Part shown: piece by piece, positions 45,039 through 63,609 of the stretch | How positions within the stretch are numbered: the first letter of the stretch is position 1 | Layout: every line of letters begins with the position of its first letter | Assembly (NCBI RefSeq): GCF_009914755.1 | Contig: NC_060930.1 | Reading direction: 5' to 3' (one strand) | Source: the human T2T-CHM13v2.0 reference genome, Homo sapiens | DNA: 64,000 nt | Made by a program: the position numbers and the translations under genes | The notes under the pieces: generated by a model | Database searches by the model: none | Told to the model about the DNA's origin: nothing | Seen by the model: the letters and a program-made list of their open reading frames with translations, nothing else

Positions 45039-45345
45039 GGCCAGATGCAGTGGCTCATGCCTATAATTCCAGCATTTTGGAAGGACGAGGTAGGAGGCTT
45101 TTCTTGAGTCCAGAGGTTAAAGACCAGTATGGGCAACATAGTGAGACCTCATCTCTACAAAAACAAAAAATAAAAAATCTAGCTGGATGTGGTCGTGCAT
45201 GCCTGTAGTCCCAGCTACTTGGGAGGCTGATGTGGGAGAGGCTTGAGCCCAGGAGGTTGAGGCTGCAGTTAGCCATGATCACGCCACTGCACTCCAGCCT
45301 GGGCAACAGAGCAAGACCCTGTCCCATGGCAAAAAAAAAAATTAA
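45039..45345 (+). mobile_element. AluJ
   Basis: Alu body. Confidence 0.9.
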
Positions 45346-45429
45346 AGAAAGAAAATAGTGGAATAAGGGTTTCCAAAAATTCTCTCCTCCACAAAAGCAA
45401 TAAGAAAATTCTAAATTGTCATTATCACT

Positions 45430-46395
45430 TTTGTGGTTAAATTTATTTTCAAGTTTTATTAATGCTATTATAAATGGGTTTGTTTTTTAATTTCATTTTT
45501 TGATTGTTCACAGCTAGTGCACAGAAATAGAATTAGTTTTTTTTATGTTGGACTTGTATCCTACAACCTTGTTGAACTCATTTAGTAGCTCTAATATTTA
45601 AGACATTTTCTGGTGGCTTTCTCCGCATCCTTAGGATGATGTCATCTACAAGTAGAGATTGTTTTTACTTCTCTCTTTTAAACCTGAATTTCTTTTATTT
45701 ATTTTTCTTGTCTAATTACCCTGAATACAACCTCCAGTACAATGTTGCATCGCAGTGGCAAAAGAAGACATTCTTTTCTTGTTTCTGATCTTGATTTTTG
45801 TTTTTGATCTTAGGAGGAAAGATTTTGGTCTGTCACTATTATATCTGATGTTAGCTGTGGGTTTTTTGAAGACTGAGAAAGTTCCCTTCCCCTTCCCTTC
45901 TACCGTAGTTTATCAAGTGTTTTCATCATAAAGGGTGTTGGATTTTATCAAATGTTTTTTCTGTATCCATTGAGATGATCATGATGTTTTTGTCTTTTAC
46001 TCCATTAATATGGTTTATTATTTTGATTGAACTAGTAACCAAAAAACTTTCCACAAAGAAAAGCCCAGTACCATATGTCATCAGCGGTGAATTCTATCAA
46101 ATGTTTTAAAAAGAATTAGCACCACTGTGTCACAAACTCTTCCCAAAAATAGAAGAGGAGAGACCACTTCACAAATCATTCTATGAGACTAGTATTACTT
46201 GATACCAAAACTAGAAAAAGACATCACAAGGAAAGGAAACTGCAGACCAAATGCCTTATGATCATAGCTGGGAAAATCCTCCACAAAATACTAGTAACCA
46301 AGTCCAGCAACAAATAAAAATGATTATGGCCCATGACTGAATAGGATTTACACAAGGAATGCGAAGTTGGTTCAACATATGAAAATCAATCAATT
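45430..46395. mobile_element. Old L1M ORF2 fragment with 5' inversion (minus 45430-46030, plus 46031-46395)
   Basis: Both pieces end at the same L1 position (tcaatca). Confidence 0.8.
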
Positions 46396-46398
46396 TAC

Positions 46399-46751
46399 CT
46401 CTTGACAGAAGTATTCTCTCAATCAAGTTTATTTCATGGGTCATAACATAATAGCTGGCATCAAAGAACAGGGATCTTGGCAAGACTGAAGACAAGAAGA
46501 ATTTTCCACTAAGCTTCTCCCATGGCTTTTGGTAAGTCTGGGTCCTGAATTCTGGGAACATCATTTTGCTTGAAATAGCTGCCCTAGGGCTGAGGATTTC
46601 CTTGTTTTCTAAATTTTGTGGGCATTGGCTACTGCTGTGACAATCTTGTATATCCTGTTAATTCTTTGGATTTTTTATTTTTAAAAAGATGACACATGAG
46701 AGCCTTGGTGGTGAATTAATACAACCTCTGAGACCATGAAGACTTTGGCTT
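46399..46751 (-). pseudogene. Relic exon (353 nt, 1 stop in 117 codons)
   Basis: ttctttccttcag|SQSLHGLRGCINSPPRLSCVIFLKIKNPKN*QDIQDCHSSSQCPQNLENKEILSPRAAISSKMMFPEFRTQTYQKPWEKLSGKFFLSSVLPRSLFFDASYYVMTHEINLIERILLSR-G|gtaaat. Confidence 0.7.
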
Positions 46752-48269
46752 CTGAAGGAAAGAAACCCTTGGGTTAAAACTGAGCACAGTAAGAAATTGG
46801 AGAGGATGAATTTTGGATTCAATTCTTTTGCACTTTACTCCTTTCAACTCTAACTTATTAGGGAATTTCATCTTTGGTCTTGGATTTCTTCCTAAAAGAT
46901 TGATAATAAAGGGGATTTTTATTCAAATCGTGGCATATTTATGTTGGTTATACTTTATTACTGCAGTATTCTTATGTGGATATTTAATCTTATTGTAGAG
47001 TCTCTAAATTGCATAGATGTACATGGACATAATTTGGGATGGGAAATATACTATAAAGTGAATGTTCAACCTTAGGTTATTTTGATCATTGTCCATTTTA
47101 ACCCACTTAAAAGATGCCTAGGGGAAAATTTTATATTGCATACCAGCAGTCCCTGGTAGGTTTAGGGGAGCCGCCCTGCTTCGAGTTCAGTCCCTGGATG
47201 TTTGAAGGCTTAATAATAAAGCCAAAATGGCTAAGCCAGGAAATTGGGCAGATGGGTGAGGATGCGACATATTTTCATGGGAAAGAAACTCTAGAGAGTG
47301 ACACTCTTGGGCTTTCTCCCCAGGACTAGTGAGTTTGAGGGGAGGAAATGAGCATACTCTTCTCATGCCCATCTCCTCTCTTTGGGAGCCAGGCAGACTG
47401 TAGCAAGCTTAAATTCACTGTTCCTTCAGACCTTGAGTTTTATAGGCATGGAAGTAGTTTCATAAGCAAACTGGAAAGATGGGAATCATGACCAGAAAGT
47501 GAGCATTCTGAATTAGTAATGTTAATGAGCAATTTTGGAGCAGTTTAATTAGCAATTTCAAATTAGTAATTTTGGAATAACATCAGTGTGGGGGGAAGAC
47601 AGTGTCCAGGGCATGTGGCAATGGGCTGTTGCAGTGGGAGATATAAGGGACCCCTGGAGGTGAGGAGGGCACACTCCAAGCCAGGGTATGAGATGTATCA
47701 TCCACAAGAACTCTGGAGACTGAAAGTAGAAGACAGAGTGTGGGGAAAGACTATGAGCCTGCTATCCACATCCCTGATGAAGGAGGCGGAGCTGAGGGGT
47801 CATGAATGACAGCAGAGAGGAGAAGCAATGACATGTGCCACTGGAGCACTCTGTACCCCTGTGGAGCAAGAGCTTGAAGATGAGGATGACACAGAGTGAT
47901 CTGGAAGCAGCAATATAAAGCAAAGGAGATCCCTGCCCTCCACCTCCAAACTCTGATGGATGAGCATGTGAGAAAATGAAAGCATCCGGGTAATGGCCAG
48001 ACACAGGAGAAGGGCGGACATGTGTCCAGACGAGATTGCAAACTTGGAGGGGGACTTGCAGGGTGGACGACAGCAGGCACTGGACTGAGTTTGAGGAATT
48101 AGAGTTCAAAGTATGTTCATGCTGTAGATAGGAATTAAGAGCAACAGGGATGGGGGCTGGAGTGGTTGGTTCTTTGACTACAGATGGAGGAAAACATTCA
48201 GTACCACCTGAATAGATAGAAAGATAACCACCCACAGTTACCTTTCTAAAGGTCAATCTGATCAGGACT

Positions 48270-48805
48270 GTCATTCTCAAAACACTTTAATGATGTACTA
48301 CAGCTTTGAGGGTAAAACCCAAACTCTTCAGTACAATTTTCTAGACCCTTCAAGATCTAGGCCCAGTTTGTCTTTCAACCACCCCACCCTATCTCTCCTC
48401 TCTCTGCCACACACTTGATAACACACACCAACATACTAAATCAGTTCCGGGTCCTGGGATCTGCATACTCTGTCCTTCAGTGTCTGAGTCTTTGCACCCT
48501 CTAAATCCTCACATATAACTGTTCCATCCTGCCTCTGAAGCATAAGAGGGCATAGTCTCATGTCAGACACCAGTTTCTTTGGGACACCTTTCCCAATGCA
48601 TCCTCTGAGGTGGGTTAGTTGGGTCTGTTGAGCATTCCCATCGAATGCTGTGTTCTACTGGCTTGTAATTGTGTGTTGATGTATCCCATAGCTCCTGCAA
48701 TGCTGTTAGCTCCGTGAGGGTACATACTACATGCCCTGTCAGACTTGTATCCATAAGTATAGCACAGTGCCTGCCACATCATAAACACTCAATAGATAAT
48801 TCTGA
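48270..48805 (+). mobile_element. L2 3' fragment
   Basis: tagcacagtgcctgccacatcataaacactcaata. Confidence 0.65.
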
Positions 48806-48809
48806 TTAA

Positions 48810-49129
<320 letters not shown>

Positions 49130-49190
49130 TTAAATGTGTTAATTAATTAAACTGAGGCAAATAGTTGAAAAATCTGTTAAAGGATTTTAG

Positions 49191-49524
<334 letters not shown>

Positions 49525-49569
49525 CTACCTAATGTTAATGACAACTGAATCTGGAAAAAGATATGGGTG

Positions 49570-50132
49570 CTCAGGGATCTAGAACTAGAAATACCATTTG
49601 ACCCAGCCATCCCATTACTGGGTATATACCCAAAGGACTATAAATCATGCTGCTATAAAGACACATGCACATGTATGTTTATTGCGGCACTATTCACAAT
49701 AGCAAAGACTTGGAACCAACTCAAATGTCCAACAATGATAGACTGGATTAAGAAAATGTGGCACATATACACCATGGAATACTATGCAGCCATAATAAAT
49801 GATGAGTCCATGTCCTTTGTAGGGACATGGATGAAATTGGAAATCATCATTCTCAGTAAACTATCACAAGAACAAAAAACCAAACACCGCATATTCTCAC
49901 TCATAGGTGGGAATTGAACAATGAGATCACATGGACACAGGAAGGGGAACATCACACTCTGGGGACTGTTGTGGGGTGGGGGGAGGGGGGAGGGATAGCA
50001 CTGGGAGATATACCTAATGCTAGATGACGAGTTAGTGGGTGCAGTGCACCAGCATGTCACATGTATACATATGTAACTAACCTGCACATTGTACACATGT
50101 ACCGTAAAACTTAAAGTATAATAATAAAAAAA
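49570..50132 (+). mobile_element. 5'-truncated L1PA2-like element
   Basis: Open ORF2 C-terminus (LEIPFDPAIPLLGIYPKDYKSCCYKDTC); gatgacGAGttagtgg diagnostic; TSD aaaaagatatgg(g/a)tg. Confidence 0.93.
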
Positions 50133-50257
50133 AAAGATATGGATGTTTAGTTGACCCCAAAGATAATGAAATGTTAAAAACCCACTAAAAAAGATACATC
50201 ACCAAGATCAGAAAATGTGATGGTACATGATTACTTTGTTTGGAAAGTTGGCCTTAA

Positions 50258-50587
<330 letters not shown>

Positions 50588-50667
50588 CCTTAAATGTTTT
50601 TAAAATCTCTTTCTATTCTAAGATGATATGGTTCGATGCATTTCTCTTTCAATGACCTGTCTCAAAC

Positions 50668-50869
50668 AAAATAAGATTCAGATAATGACAGTGTGGGGCC
50701 TCATTGTTAGCAAGTCGTTAGGAATTCATATCTTTCAAAAATCAACCTATGGATTGGTAGAAAAATCCTCAGACTACAGTGGAACTGCAAAGGATATCTG
50801 TTAAGACTGGGTTCAGTTTATTCCTTTTGTGGAGTAGGTAATTCTAAACAAGGAATTCAATATCTGAAC
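50668..50869 (-). pseudogene. Possible relic exon
   Basis: ttcttatttgtag|GSDIEFLV*NYLLHKRNKLNPVLTDILCSSTVV*GFFYQSIG*FLKDMNS*RLANNEAPHCHYLNLI; donor gtttga or gtcatt. Confidence 0.45.
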
Positions 50870-50995
50870 CTACAAATAAGAATGATAGATTACCCATCCT
50901 CACCCTCTATTCAAGTCTTCCTGTCTAGTCAGTAAAATTAGCGAAACTGTGGATCTGTCCTTATCTCAGTTTATAAAGTCAGTGAAAATAGAAAC

Positions 50996-51624
<629 letters not shown>

Positions 51625-51675
51625 AAGAATACAAACTTTTTAAAAGGAAACAACTTTGGAAAATCAAAGGCTTGC

Positions 51676-51859
51676 CATTAGCTTTGAGATTATAAGAACC
51701 TGGTAGTGTTGTTTGAATTACTCTTTGTACCCTAGAATCACTGGTTAAAAACAAAGGTATTGGCAATAGAGTTGTTGCTACCAATACTTATTACTCTTTT
51801 TCAAGTTTGCTGATGCTTTTACTATTATTAGTACAAAATCTGCAGTTCTTACGAAGTTA
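51676..51859 (-). pseudogene. Relic exon (184 nt)
   Basis: gtgcag|[59 protein letters not shown]|gcaagc (GC). Confidence 0.5.
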
Positions 51860-52137
51860 CTGCACTTTTAAGAAAATAAAAGTTATTTTAAGAAAATAAA
51901 TCATCCCTAAAAGGGAAGTGGGGGAAACTTCTTTTTCTCAGGATCTCCTTTGCAAATTCTGCAGTGTCTTATTTCAAAGGGGGTGGAATTTATCTATAGG
52001 CTCCAGTTTCCTATTGGTCAAGAGTTGGCCCCATCAGCAAGAACTCCCTGGCATTTCTGGGTTGTGCAAGCATGAGTGGTAAATGGGTTTCTGCTGGGAC
52101 CCCCATGGTGTAGCAACAAAAAAGTCCTAGGTCAGAT

Positions 52138-52215
52138 ATTCACTTGACTCCAGGAGTTCGAGACCAGCCTAGGCAACATAGCAAGACCCTGTCTCTTTAA
52201 AAAAAAAAAAAAGAA
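52138..52215 (+). mobile_element. Alu left-arm fragment
   Basis: caggagttcgagaccagcctaggcaacatagcaagaccc. Confidence 0.8.
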
Positions 52216-52419
52216 AGAAAGAAAGAAGAAGAAGTAGAAGTCCCAGGTCAGGAATCAAAAGCATGTGAATGTAGGTAACACAGGCTGCAATGGAGCTGCT
52301 ATCAGATTACACTTCTGTGAAGCTGGGTGAAGCCTATGGGACTGATCCCCGTAGAAATGGCTGGAGTAATAGAAAGAGAGGATTTGAAGAGAGGTGCCCA
52401 ATAGGTGTCCAATACAAAC

Positions 52420-52745
52420 TTGATCTTCCCTCTGCCTAGAACATTTTTCTTCCAGAAATCCAAAGGGCACTTTTTCATGGCTCAGATGTCATCTTAGAGA
52501 GGCCTTCCTCAAGCGTCTGATTTAAGATAGCAACCCCCCATCTCCTACCACAGAGCTCCATTTCCCCATGCCTGTTTTTCTGCTGTACATTTGCTGTGCT
52601 TTGCAGCATCTGAAATATTTATAGATTTAATTGTTTATTTGTTTATAATCTGTATCTCTGCAGCTAGAATGTAAATTCCATGAGGACAGGCACTTTGTTT
52701 TGTTTACTGCTATATCCTCAATGCCTAGGACAAGGTATACACAGA
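52420..52745 (+). mobile_element. L2a 3' end
   Basis: ctagaatgtaaattccatgaggacaggcac. Confidence 0.8.
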
Positions 52746-53199
52746 GAGAGATATATCGAGATCTTTCATATTTAAAGCTAAAATTATGAATCCTATATAG
52801 GTTTACTGGATATTTTCCTATAGAAGGAAACATACAAAAATTAAAAATTCCTAAAAGATTGTGAACTATTTTGAAGTTTGTGGAAAAAGTAAACAAAAAA
52901 CATGAGCCTATGGCCAACTGATAAAACTTCATTGAATCTTATTTAATATCAGCTTTAACTCTATAAAGCTTAATATTAGTCAGACAGCAGGAAAATAAAA
53001 CTTTCATTATTCATATTTCCCAAACAGAGTCAAGAATACTATCAGTAGGACAAACAGAAAAAAAAAAAAAAGAAAAAAGAAAAAAAATCTCTTTCCCTGA
53101 ACCACCTAGGTCGCTTGTAGTTTCAGAGCTATATGAAACCACTGGGACAGTGCATTTAACTGACATTCAAATCATTTCTCTTTAAGAAATAAGGAATAA

Positions 53200-53327
53200 G
53201 GCCAGGTGTGGTGGTTTATGCCTGTAATCCCAACACTAATGGAGGCTGAGGTGGGAGGATAGCTTGGGCCCAGGAGACAAGACTGGTCAACATAGCGAGA
53301 CCCTGTCTCTACAAAAATAAAAAAACA
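53200..53327 (+). mobile_element. FLAM / Alu left monomer
   Basis: Single Alu arm plus A tail. Confidence 0.85.
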
Positions 53328-53336
53328 AGGACTTAC

Positions 53337-53906
53337 ATAATTAGTAGTCTACAGACAGGTAAGATGTGATGGATTCAGGAACAAGATAAATGGCATGACA
53401 ATTTAATGTACTGATTTACAATGAACACAACCTGTGTAATCATGCCTACTGCTGTGGCTGTGAACTGTCTCTCTTCCGAAGCCGTAAGTGGCACTCTCGT
53501 TCAATGTTACCTTTAGAGGCTTACAAGGAATGCTGAGAACATCTCTCTACATTTACAGTTCTCATTTAAGCCAACCCTGCTGAGTGACCATCTTATTTTA
53601 AAGTCCCATGGAGAAAAAAGGAAATCCAAATGCCTCTTTTAGGGGTCTGTGTCTTCACTGAGACATAATTTTATTCTGCAGCTAACTCACTCGGTCCTGG
53701 CAAAGCAGAGAAATGACTTTGAACAGAATGGGAGGCAGATTTGCCCTAACCAGTTCCCAGCTTGAAGGGGCCCAAGACCTTTTCTTTTCCTTTGACACCG
53801 TCAAATGCAGACTTAATAAAGCCATCAAACTCTCTGTGTAACAGTCTATATTTTTGATACACATTATTATAGCACCCTGTAGTTCCTTTTTTAAAAGGCT
53901 ACATGA
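53337..53906 (-). pseudogene. Large relic exon (5' boundary unclear; may be split by the Alu at 53907)
   Basis: Strong donor TAT|gtaagt; frame includes ...SWELVRANLPPILFKVISLLCQDRVS*LQNKIMSQ...; several stops. Confidence 0.5.
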
Positions 53907-54207
<301 letters not shown>

Positions 54208-54394
54208 AATGCTGCAAGGTAGTAACTTTTTTCATCCTTTCTGGCAAATTTAATTTTCTCTTAACTGTATCTCTGGCTCAAAGCTTCCTAGATCCTTTGG
54301 TCCAAGGATTCAAGAGTCTAACCAACATGGATTTCCACAGCAGGTTAGCCTGATGATTTCTGTGTCCTGTGTTTCTCAATCCAGTATGGTCTAG

Positions 54395-54558
54395 CCCCTT
54401 GCCACTATTCAAAGTGTGGGTTAGCACCAGCAGCACCAGCATCATCTGAGAGCTTGTCAGAAATGCAGATTCTCAGGCCCACTCAACTACTGAATCGGAA
54501 TTTGTGTTTTAACAAGATCCTAAGTGACTGCTTGCATATTAAAGTCTGAGAAGCACTG
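54395..54558. mobile_element. MER5A-like
   Basis: cagcagcaccagcatcatctgagagcttgtcagaaatgcagattctcagg. Confidence 0.8.
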
Positions 54559-55291
54559 TTTCAGAGAAGCGGAAAACAAGAGTGCTACCCTCATTCCCAA
54601 TATACTCCGAGGTCCTGGTGTTTTGATCTCTTTTACTGTTGATTTTTTTTTTTCTTACAACCACATTTCTGGCATAAATTAGTAATTTATCACTAAAAAA
54701 TAGTAAAAATACATCATTTTTAGAGTTAAAGGATGATAGTATTTATTTCAGTCTTTTAAAAAAGTCTTTTCTTTGAGGTGCCATTTACTATTTATCACAC
54801 AAATGAAGCTCACTATCTGTTATGTGTATTGTTACTTGTTTATGTCTGTCTCCATAGTGCCCCAGAGGGCAAGCACTGTGTTTTATCTCACTTTGCAGCT
54901 CTAACTGCGTATATTCAGATTTTTATAAGCAGTTGTTAATGATTGCAAAAAGAAGGTGGTCCATTGTGTCGTTTGCCCTGAACAATTAACCCACAGATGC
55001 AAAAAGCTAGAGTCAAACTGTGCTTCTCAATTTCATTATGGAAAGACAATGCCAAAATTCTTGCTAAAATCAATGTAGATAAAATCTGTCATTTCCTTTT
55101 TCCTACCAATCCCTTTACCCTATCACAATAAGAGATAAGATAGTCTGACCGAATTTAAGACCAGGCTGTCACTACCCAGGACTTCTTCAAACTGTTAGCA
55201 GATTAAATCTATGGCTACTTTGTTCCCTAGTGGCGCCCTTTTAAGAGTCATTCATTTTCTAAATTTTAGAGACCTTTTCTATTATATGCAC

Positions 55292-55527
55292 GTTCTTAAG
55301 GATAATCAGTGATATTGCTATCTCAGTCAGTGCACTACAGAGTGGTGGTGTTTTATACAAAGTAGCCAAGATCAGTTTATGTAATCATTTAAAAGGCAGT
55401 GACCATCTTCATTTTGGTTCCTCTTTCTACTGAATTTCCTGTTAGGAGTGGAAGAATTCTTTTCTAAAGAATATATCTACATGCCATGACATTGCCTTTT
55501 TCATGTCGTTCCTTAGCAGCTTTCTAT
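55292..55527 (-). pseudogene. Possible relic exon
   Basis: T-tract caag|RKLLRNDMKKAMSWHVDIFFRKEFFHS*QEIQ*KEEPK*RWSLPFK*LHKLILATLYKTPPLCSALTEIAISLIILKN. Confidence 0.4.
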
Positions 55528-56605
55528 CTTGAAAAAAAAAAAGGGATCAACATTTTCCATTACCTTCTCTGATTGCTGTGCATGGTGGTAATATACGGCC
55601 TTTTCAAAGAGCTTTCTGGACCTCATTCCTACAAGCCTTCAACACTTACTTGATTTTCTTGATAATCTACCGAACTACCTACTTTCTCTGGCCAATCGTT
55701 TTGTAAAAAACTTATTCAATACTTTAAGTACATAGATTTATTTTTCTCTCTTTTTTTTGTATTTTTATGTTCCTAGCATAATATTGTAACTATTATTAAT
55801 AGTTATATTAGTAACATATTTGTATTAATATTAACATAATATAGTTATACTAGAAACATTAAAATTTCTATTATATAAACTTACATATATATGCATATAT
55901 ACATGCATATATACATATAAAATATAAACTTTCGATCCCAGCTACTCTTCCCTATTCTTACTACTTACTACTACAACCCTAGCTCTGGCCCATGAGACTT
56001 ACATGCACTTCTACATGAAATTTTGCATTGTTTTACATTGCGCCCTAATTATTCTATGGGAAACATGCTTATCTACCGCATGTAAACTACTTGATGGGAA
56101 TTATAAAAATCAGCAAAATACCTCGCACCTACCACCACCCTGAGCACCTGATACAACCTTGAACACTTAGACTTTTTGTTGGATCAACATCCATTGATTG
56201 GCTTTTATTCTTTCACCAGTAGATAAAGCCTGTATCAACATAGGCAATGTGTACTTGAGAGTTGAGGTAATTATCTAGGAAGTTAAAGCAAAAAGTCCAG
56301 CGCTCTCGCCAGCTTTCATTTTCCTCCCATAATAAAACTTGCAAAATCAGCAGTCTGGATACTCCCAACATGAATCCACATGTAGTTGCTAGTTAGTAGT
56401 TTAGTCCTCTGTATAAAGTATTTTGTTTAGAAGTAGTCAAAGTTAGCACAGAGTTTAATGAAACACAGAACCAGTATAAGCAATATTTCTCCATATAAGC
56501 ATGGACTTTCAATTTATTGTATGTATTATATTGTCCCATAACATGTCAACCATACTATAGGTTACTTATTGTTTTCTTTTAAAATCTGATCTTTCTTTTT
56601 TGCAG

Positions 56606-56690
56606 GATACAAGCAAAGATGAAAACATGTAAATTTTTATGGATTGGAGACAAATTAGGCTTTCTAATAAACATTAACATTTGCTTTGTT
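56606..56690 (+). other. Candidate plus-strand terminal exon with polyadenylation signal
   Basis: ctgat branch-like site, ctttcttttttgcag| acceptor, DTSKDENM* (56606-56632), AATAAA 56666-56671, downstream GT/T-rich tract. Confidence 0.4.
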
Positions 56691-57539
56691 TTTAATTAAA
56701 ATTATTTCCACTGTATACATAGAGTCTGTAGCTGTATTCGTTTTTAACAAAAAAAAAAATTTAACAATACTTGGACGTGTGTGTGCACATGATTTGGAAA
56801 TAGAACCATATTTATCATTATACTTATTTATAATCACCTTATTGGAAAAAAGTATCTAAGATGGTATACAGAATGCAAAACACACATCCATGCTCTTATA
56901 AGCATATACAAACACATTTGATGACTCCTGCTATGCTAGACACAATTGAGAATCAATTGTAGAACAAAATTCAAGTTTTAGTTCCTGTTTGATAATGTGT
57001 TCCACTTAATTACAGAAGGCAGCATATTTCAATATTTTTATTATATAAATTATATTTTAAAAGTGTGTATAAATTCCTTTGCTAGTTAGATTTGGATGAA
57101 TACAATGGCATACTTTGATTTCAGATATATAAGTAACAATATACTGCATCGTTAGTCATCTTCAAAGACTAGGAGGTCTTCACACCTTTCTCTCAGTTTC
57201 CCTTGCCAGGACCCAAAAAGGATACTATAAATGTCATGTTGCAAATGATAAATCACATTTTTATAGACTTGGAAGTTAATTTTGCTTAGAAGCATTTTTA
57301 TGGACTTTGGAAGCTAAAGAATAAAAGCCACTAGTTTGTAAGATCAAAAACTTTCCTTCCAGGGAGTAACATTTGTTTTTTTTCCTCCACATTCACCATT
57401 GGTTTCAGTTTCCTCTTGCTATTTTTTCACTGCTAAGAGGTACAAGCTGAAAACTATATACTTAATTAAGGCAGTTTTTCACCTAGCCTCTCAATTGAAA
57501 GCAATTTTTTTTTGTTATATAGTGGAAACAATAAAACAA

Positions 57540-58320
<781 letters not shown>

Positions 58321-58489
58321 ATAGAGTCCCCTCTATCTTGTGCTGTGATGAGGGAGGGCAAAATTCAAAATATAAAGAAAACTTTTTCATACCTCACTCT
58401 GCAAGTAGTAGGAGGAAGGGAGAAAGATGAACACAGGGCCTAATCATGAATACTCCATTCATGTATTAACTGTTTCATTTAACCTCAGT

Positions 58490-59606
<1,117 letters not shown>

Positions 59607-59625
59607 TAAAAGAAATTATTGTTTG

Positions 59626-59979
<354 letters not shown>

Positions 59980-61716
59980 CTAAACTGAATCCCTAGGACT
60001 GGACTGGACAATAGGGGAGGTGACCGTTCAACCAAGGGGGACAGGGCACTCCTGGAGAGGAGACATGTGGCACAGGAACAGGAGACAATGCCCAGGCCAG
60101 CAGCCACAAGCAAAGCACCACATGTCCTGACCCCAAGTAGTCTAGCCCATTGTCACCATGACAATCATAACCCATCTGAACTGATGATCTCAGAAAATAT
60201 GTTATCTGTAGCTGTGAACAAACTGTCAATGGATTGCTATTCCTAGCCCCTCCCAATCCTCAAAGTAACAGAAAACTTCAGGTGGATATACATATATTGA
60301 TTTATTTTACACATAGATAAAACATAATGTAATACAAGGGAAATGGAAGAATAAGTTGAACGTCTTTTTACATTTAGATGCATAAATGAGTCCAAAATTA
60401 AAGAGAAATAATTGGAAATGGTTTTCCTTTTTTAGTGTGGCTAGCTGGTCTATATCACACTATGTAAATCCAACAATTAATTTACTTTATTTGTATTTGT
60501 TTGTGCATGTTGTATAGGATATAGGAAATATATAAATACATATGTATTTTTAGGTGCCTTCTGATTGCATCCTCAAAGACACAGATATTACCTATAAAAA
60601 AATTTACTTGAGGCTCTCATTGAGATTTTATATGAAAGAGAAATGGCCTTCTATAAACAAACAAGAAACTAAACCCTTAAGAGGCAGATGTTTTGGCCTA
60701 TGGCAGGTGCCTGAGCCCGCTTATTTTCCCCTAGTCTCCCTTATCGTTGGCTGAGAGTCAGCAGTGGCTGCACCAGTATCTCTCTCCAATATATCTGGTT
60801 TATATAACAGTAACTGAGGTTAATTTTTCTCTCACTGCCTCTCGGAGAAAAGTTGTATTGGACGTGTAGGAGTTAGGTGGTAAAGGATGCCTACTACTGA
60901 TGGGAAAAAAAATGCATGGAGAACTTATGGGCAAAGTTCCCACTAAGATGCATTTTCTGCTTGCAAGAAGATTAAAACAAGTATTATTAGCACACTATAG
61001 GTGAAAAGCCTATGTAGCAGAACTATAGCAGCACCAGAAGCTTCGGGGCATGTTCACAGTTGAATGGGTTTTTGAGCTAGCTCTTATAACTGAGTAACAG
61101 GCAGAAACATGAAGGAGAAAGAGTACTCCAAGTGAAGAAATAGCGTGAGCAAGAAATGGAGTCTAGAAAGAATACGGTAAACGCATGGCGTAATGCAAAT
61201 TATCTCCTCTTTGATGACCTCCCTCAGGCCTCTGACACCACCCCGGGGTCCCCATAGCACCTGCCATATGTATTATGGTTATTTCTTTAAGATGTCTCTT
61301 CCCAACTAAAATGCTAACTCCTAAAGATCTGGGACTGTCATTGTTTTCATCTTTGCATTCGTAGCACATAAAACCACATCAGATATGTAATTGGTATTTG
61401 ACAACATCTTGCTGAGTGAAGGGGGTCTGCCTGTGTGCATCAATGAACATGATCCCAGTTAGCTGGAACCAGGGTGAGTAGGAGTGATGAGATGGAAAAT
61501 GAAATAAGCAATGGAGCTTGGAGCCAGATCATGAAAAACTCAAACCTTCAGGAGTTTAGATTTTATACAGAATGAGCCATTTTCATCATGAAAGATTCAT
61601 GGTGGATAACCAGAAAAGAATCTATTATGATGGGCAAGAGGCCATGAAGATAAGAGGATATGAGAGACCACGTGATATACCGCGTGAGTTACAGAGGACT
61701 TGGCCACTGCTTATAA

Positions 61717-62068
<352 letters not shown>

Positions 62069-62439
62069 TGTACACACTATTTTATTAAATCTTCACAATT
62101 CTTTAAATTAGGTACTTTTATTCCCATCCTAAAGATGTTGAAACTGAGGGCCCCTATAAATGTGGACACCTGTAGATCCTTAAGTCTAAGTTTCCTTCCC
62201 ATCTGACCCTGACAACAAAGAATTCTTCTGAGCAAACATGTATGCAGAACCTAGGTGGAAGAAAATTCCAACACTGACCAAAAAGAAGCACACTCCTTCT
62301 CCGGACTGGGGACTATTCTGCCCAGGGTAGAACCTCTCAAGGGAAGCCACAGCTGGTGTCCACTGGCACATATCTAAAATTATTTCTTTGCAATGACTTA
62401 ACCTTATGATAAAAAAAAAAAAAAAAAAAAATTAGATGC

Positions 62440-62922
<483 letters not shown>

Positions 62923-63218
62923 TTAAAACGTGCAGAGGTGCATAGTTTTTATTTTGTTTTATTCTTTTTAGTTGGTACAAGTGCAGAATTATTTGGCAAC
63001 TTTTGCTCTGCTTAAATTTCTACAGAAAATTTTCCAGTCTTAGATAACCATGTAAGGTATATTTAGAGGGATAATTATTTTCTTCTTGGAGGCATGGATT
63101 TGCTCTTATTTGTCTTTATATTTGACATAACAGACCACTTCACACATATTTGAGCTTCATAACATATTTTAAACCAATCTAGACTTAATCAGTTTGGGAA
63201 TGATAGAAGGTAAATCTG

Positions 63219-63563
<345 letters not shown>

Positions 63564-63609
63564 TCATGGCTTTTAGAAATATTTATAATGACAGAATTTT
63601 TTTTAAGCA

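Noticed and set aside
47762-48280. 172-aa minus-strand ORF, the longest in the track
   Set aside because: No clear splice signals or protein similarity; probably chance in GC-richer, possibly old LTR-derived DNA that I could not classify
49567-49917. 116-aa ORF
   Set aside because: C-terminus of L1 ORF2 in a 5'-truncated element
55218-55240. CTCF-like site (ccactagggaac on the minus strand)
   Set aside because: Lacks the conserved GGC core positions
55592-55736. Plus-strand amphipathic-looking frame (AFSKSFLDLIPTSLQHLLDFLDNLPNYLLSLANRFVKNLF)
   Set aside because: Short, with no plus-strand splice sites; may be the antisense shadow of a further minus-strand relic exon
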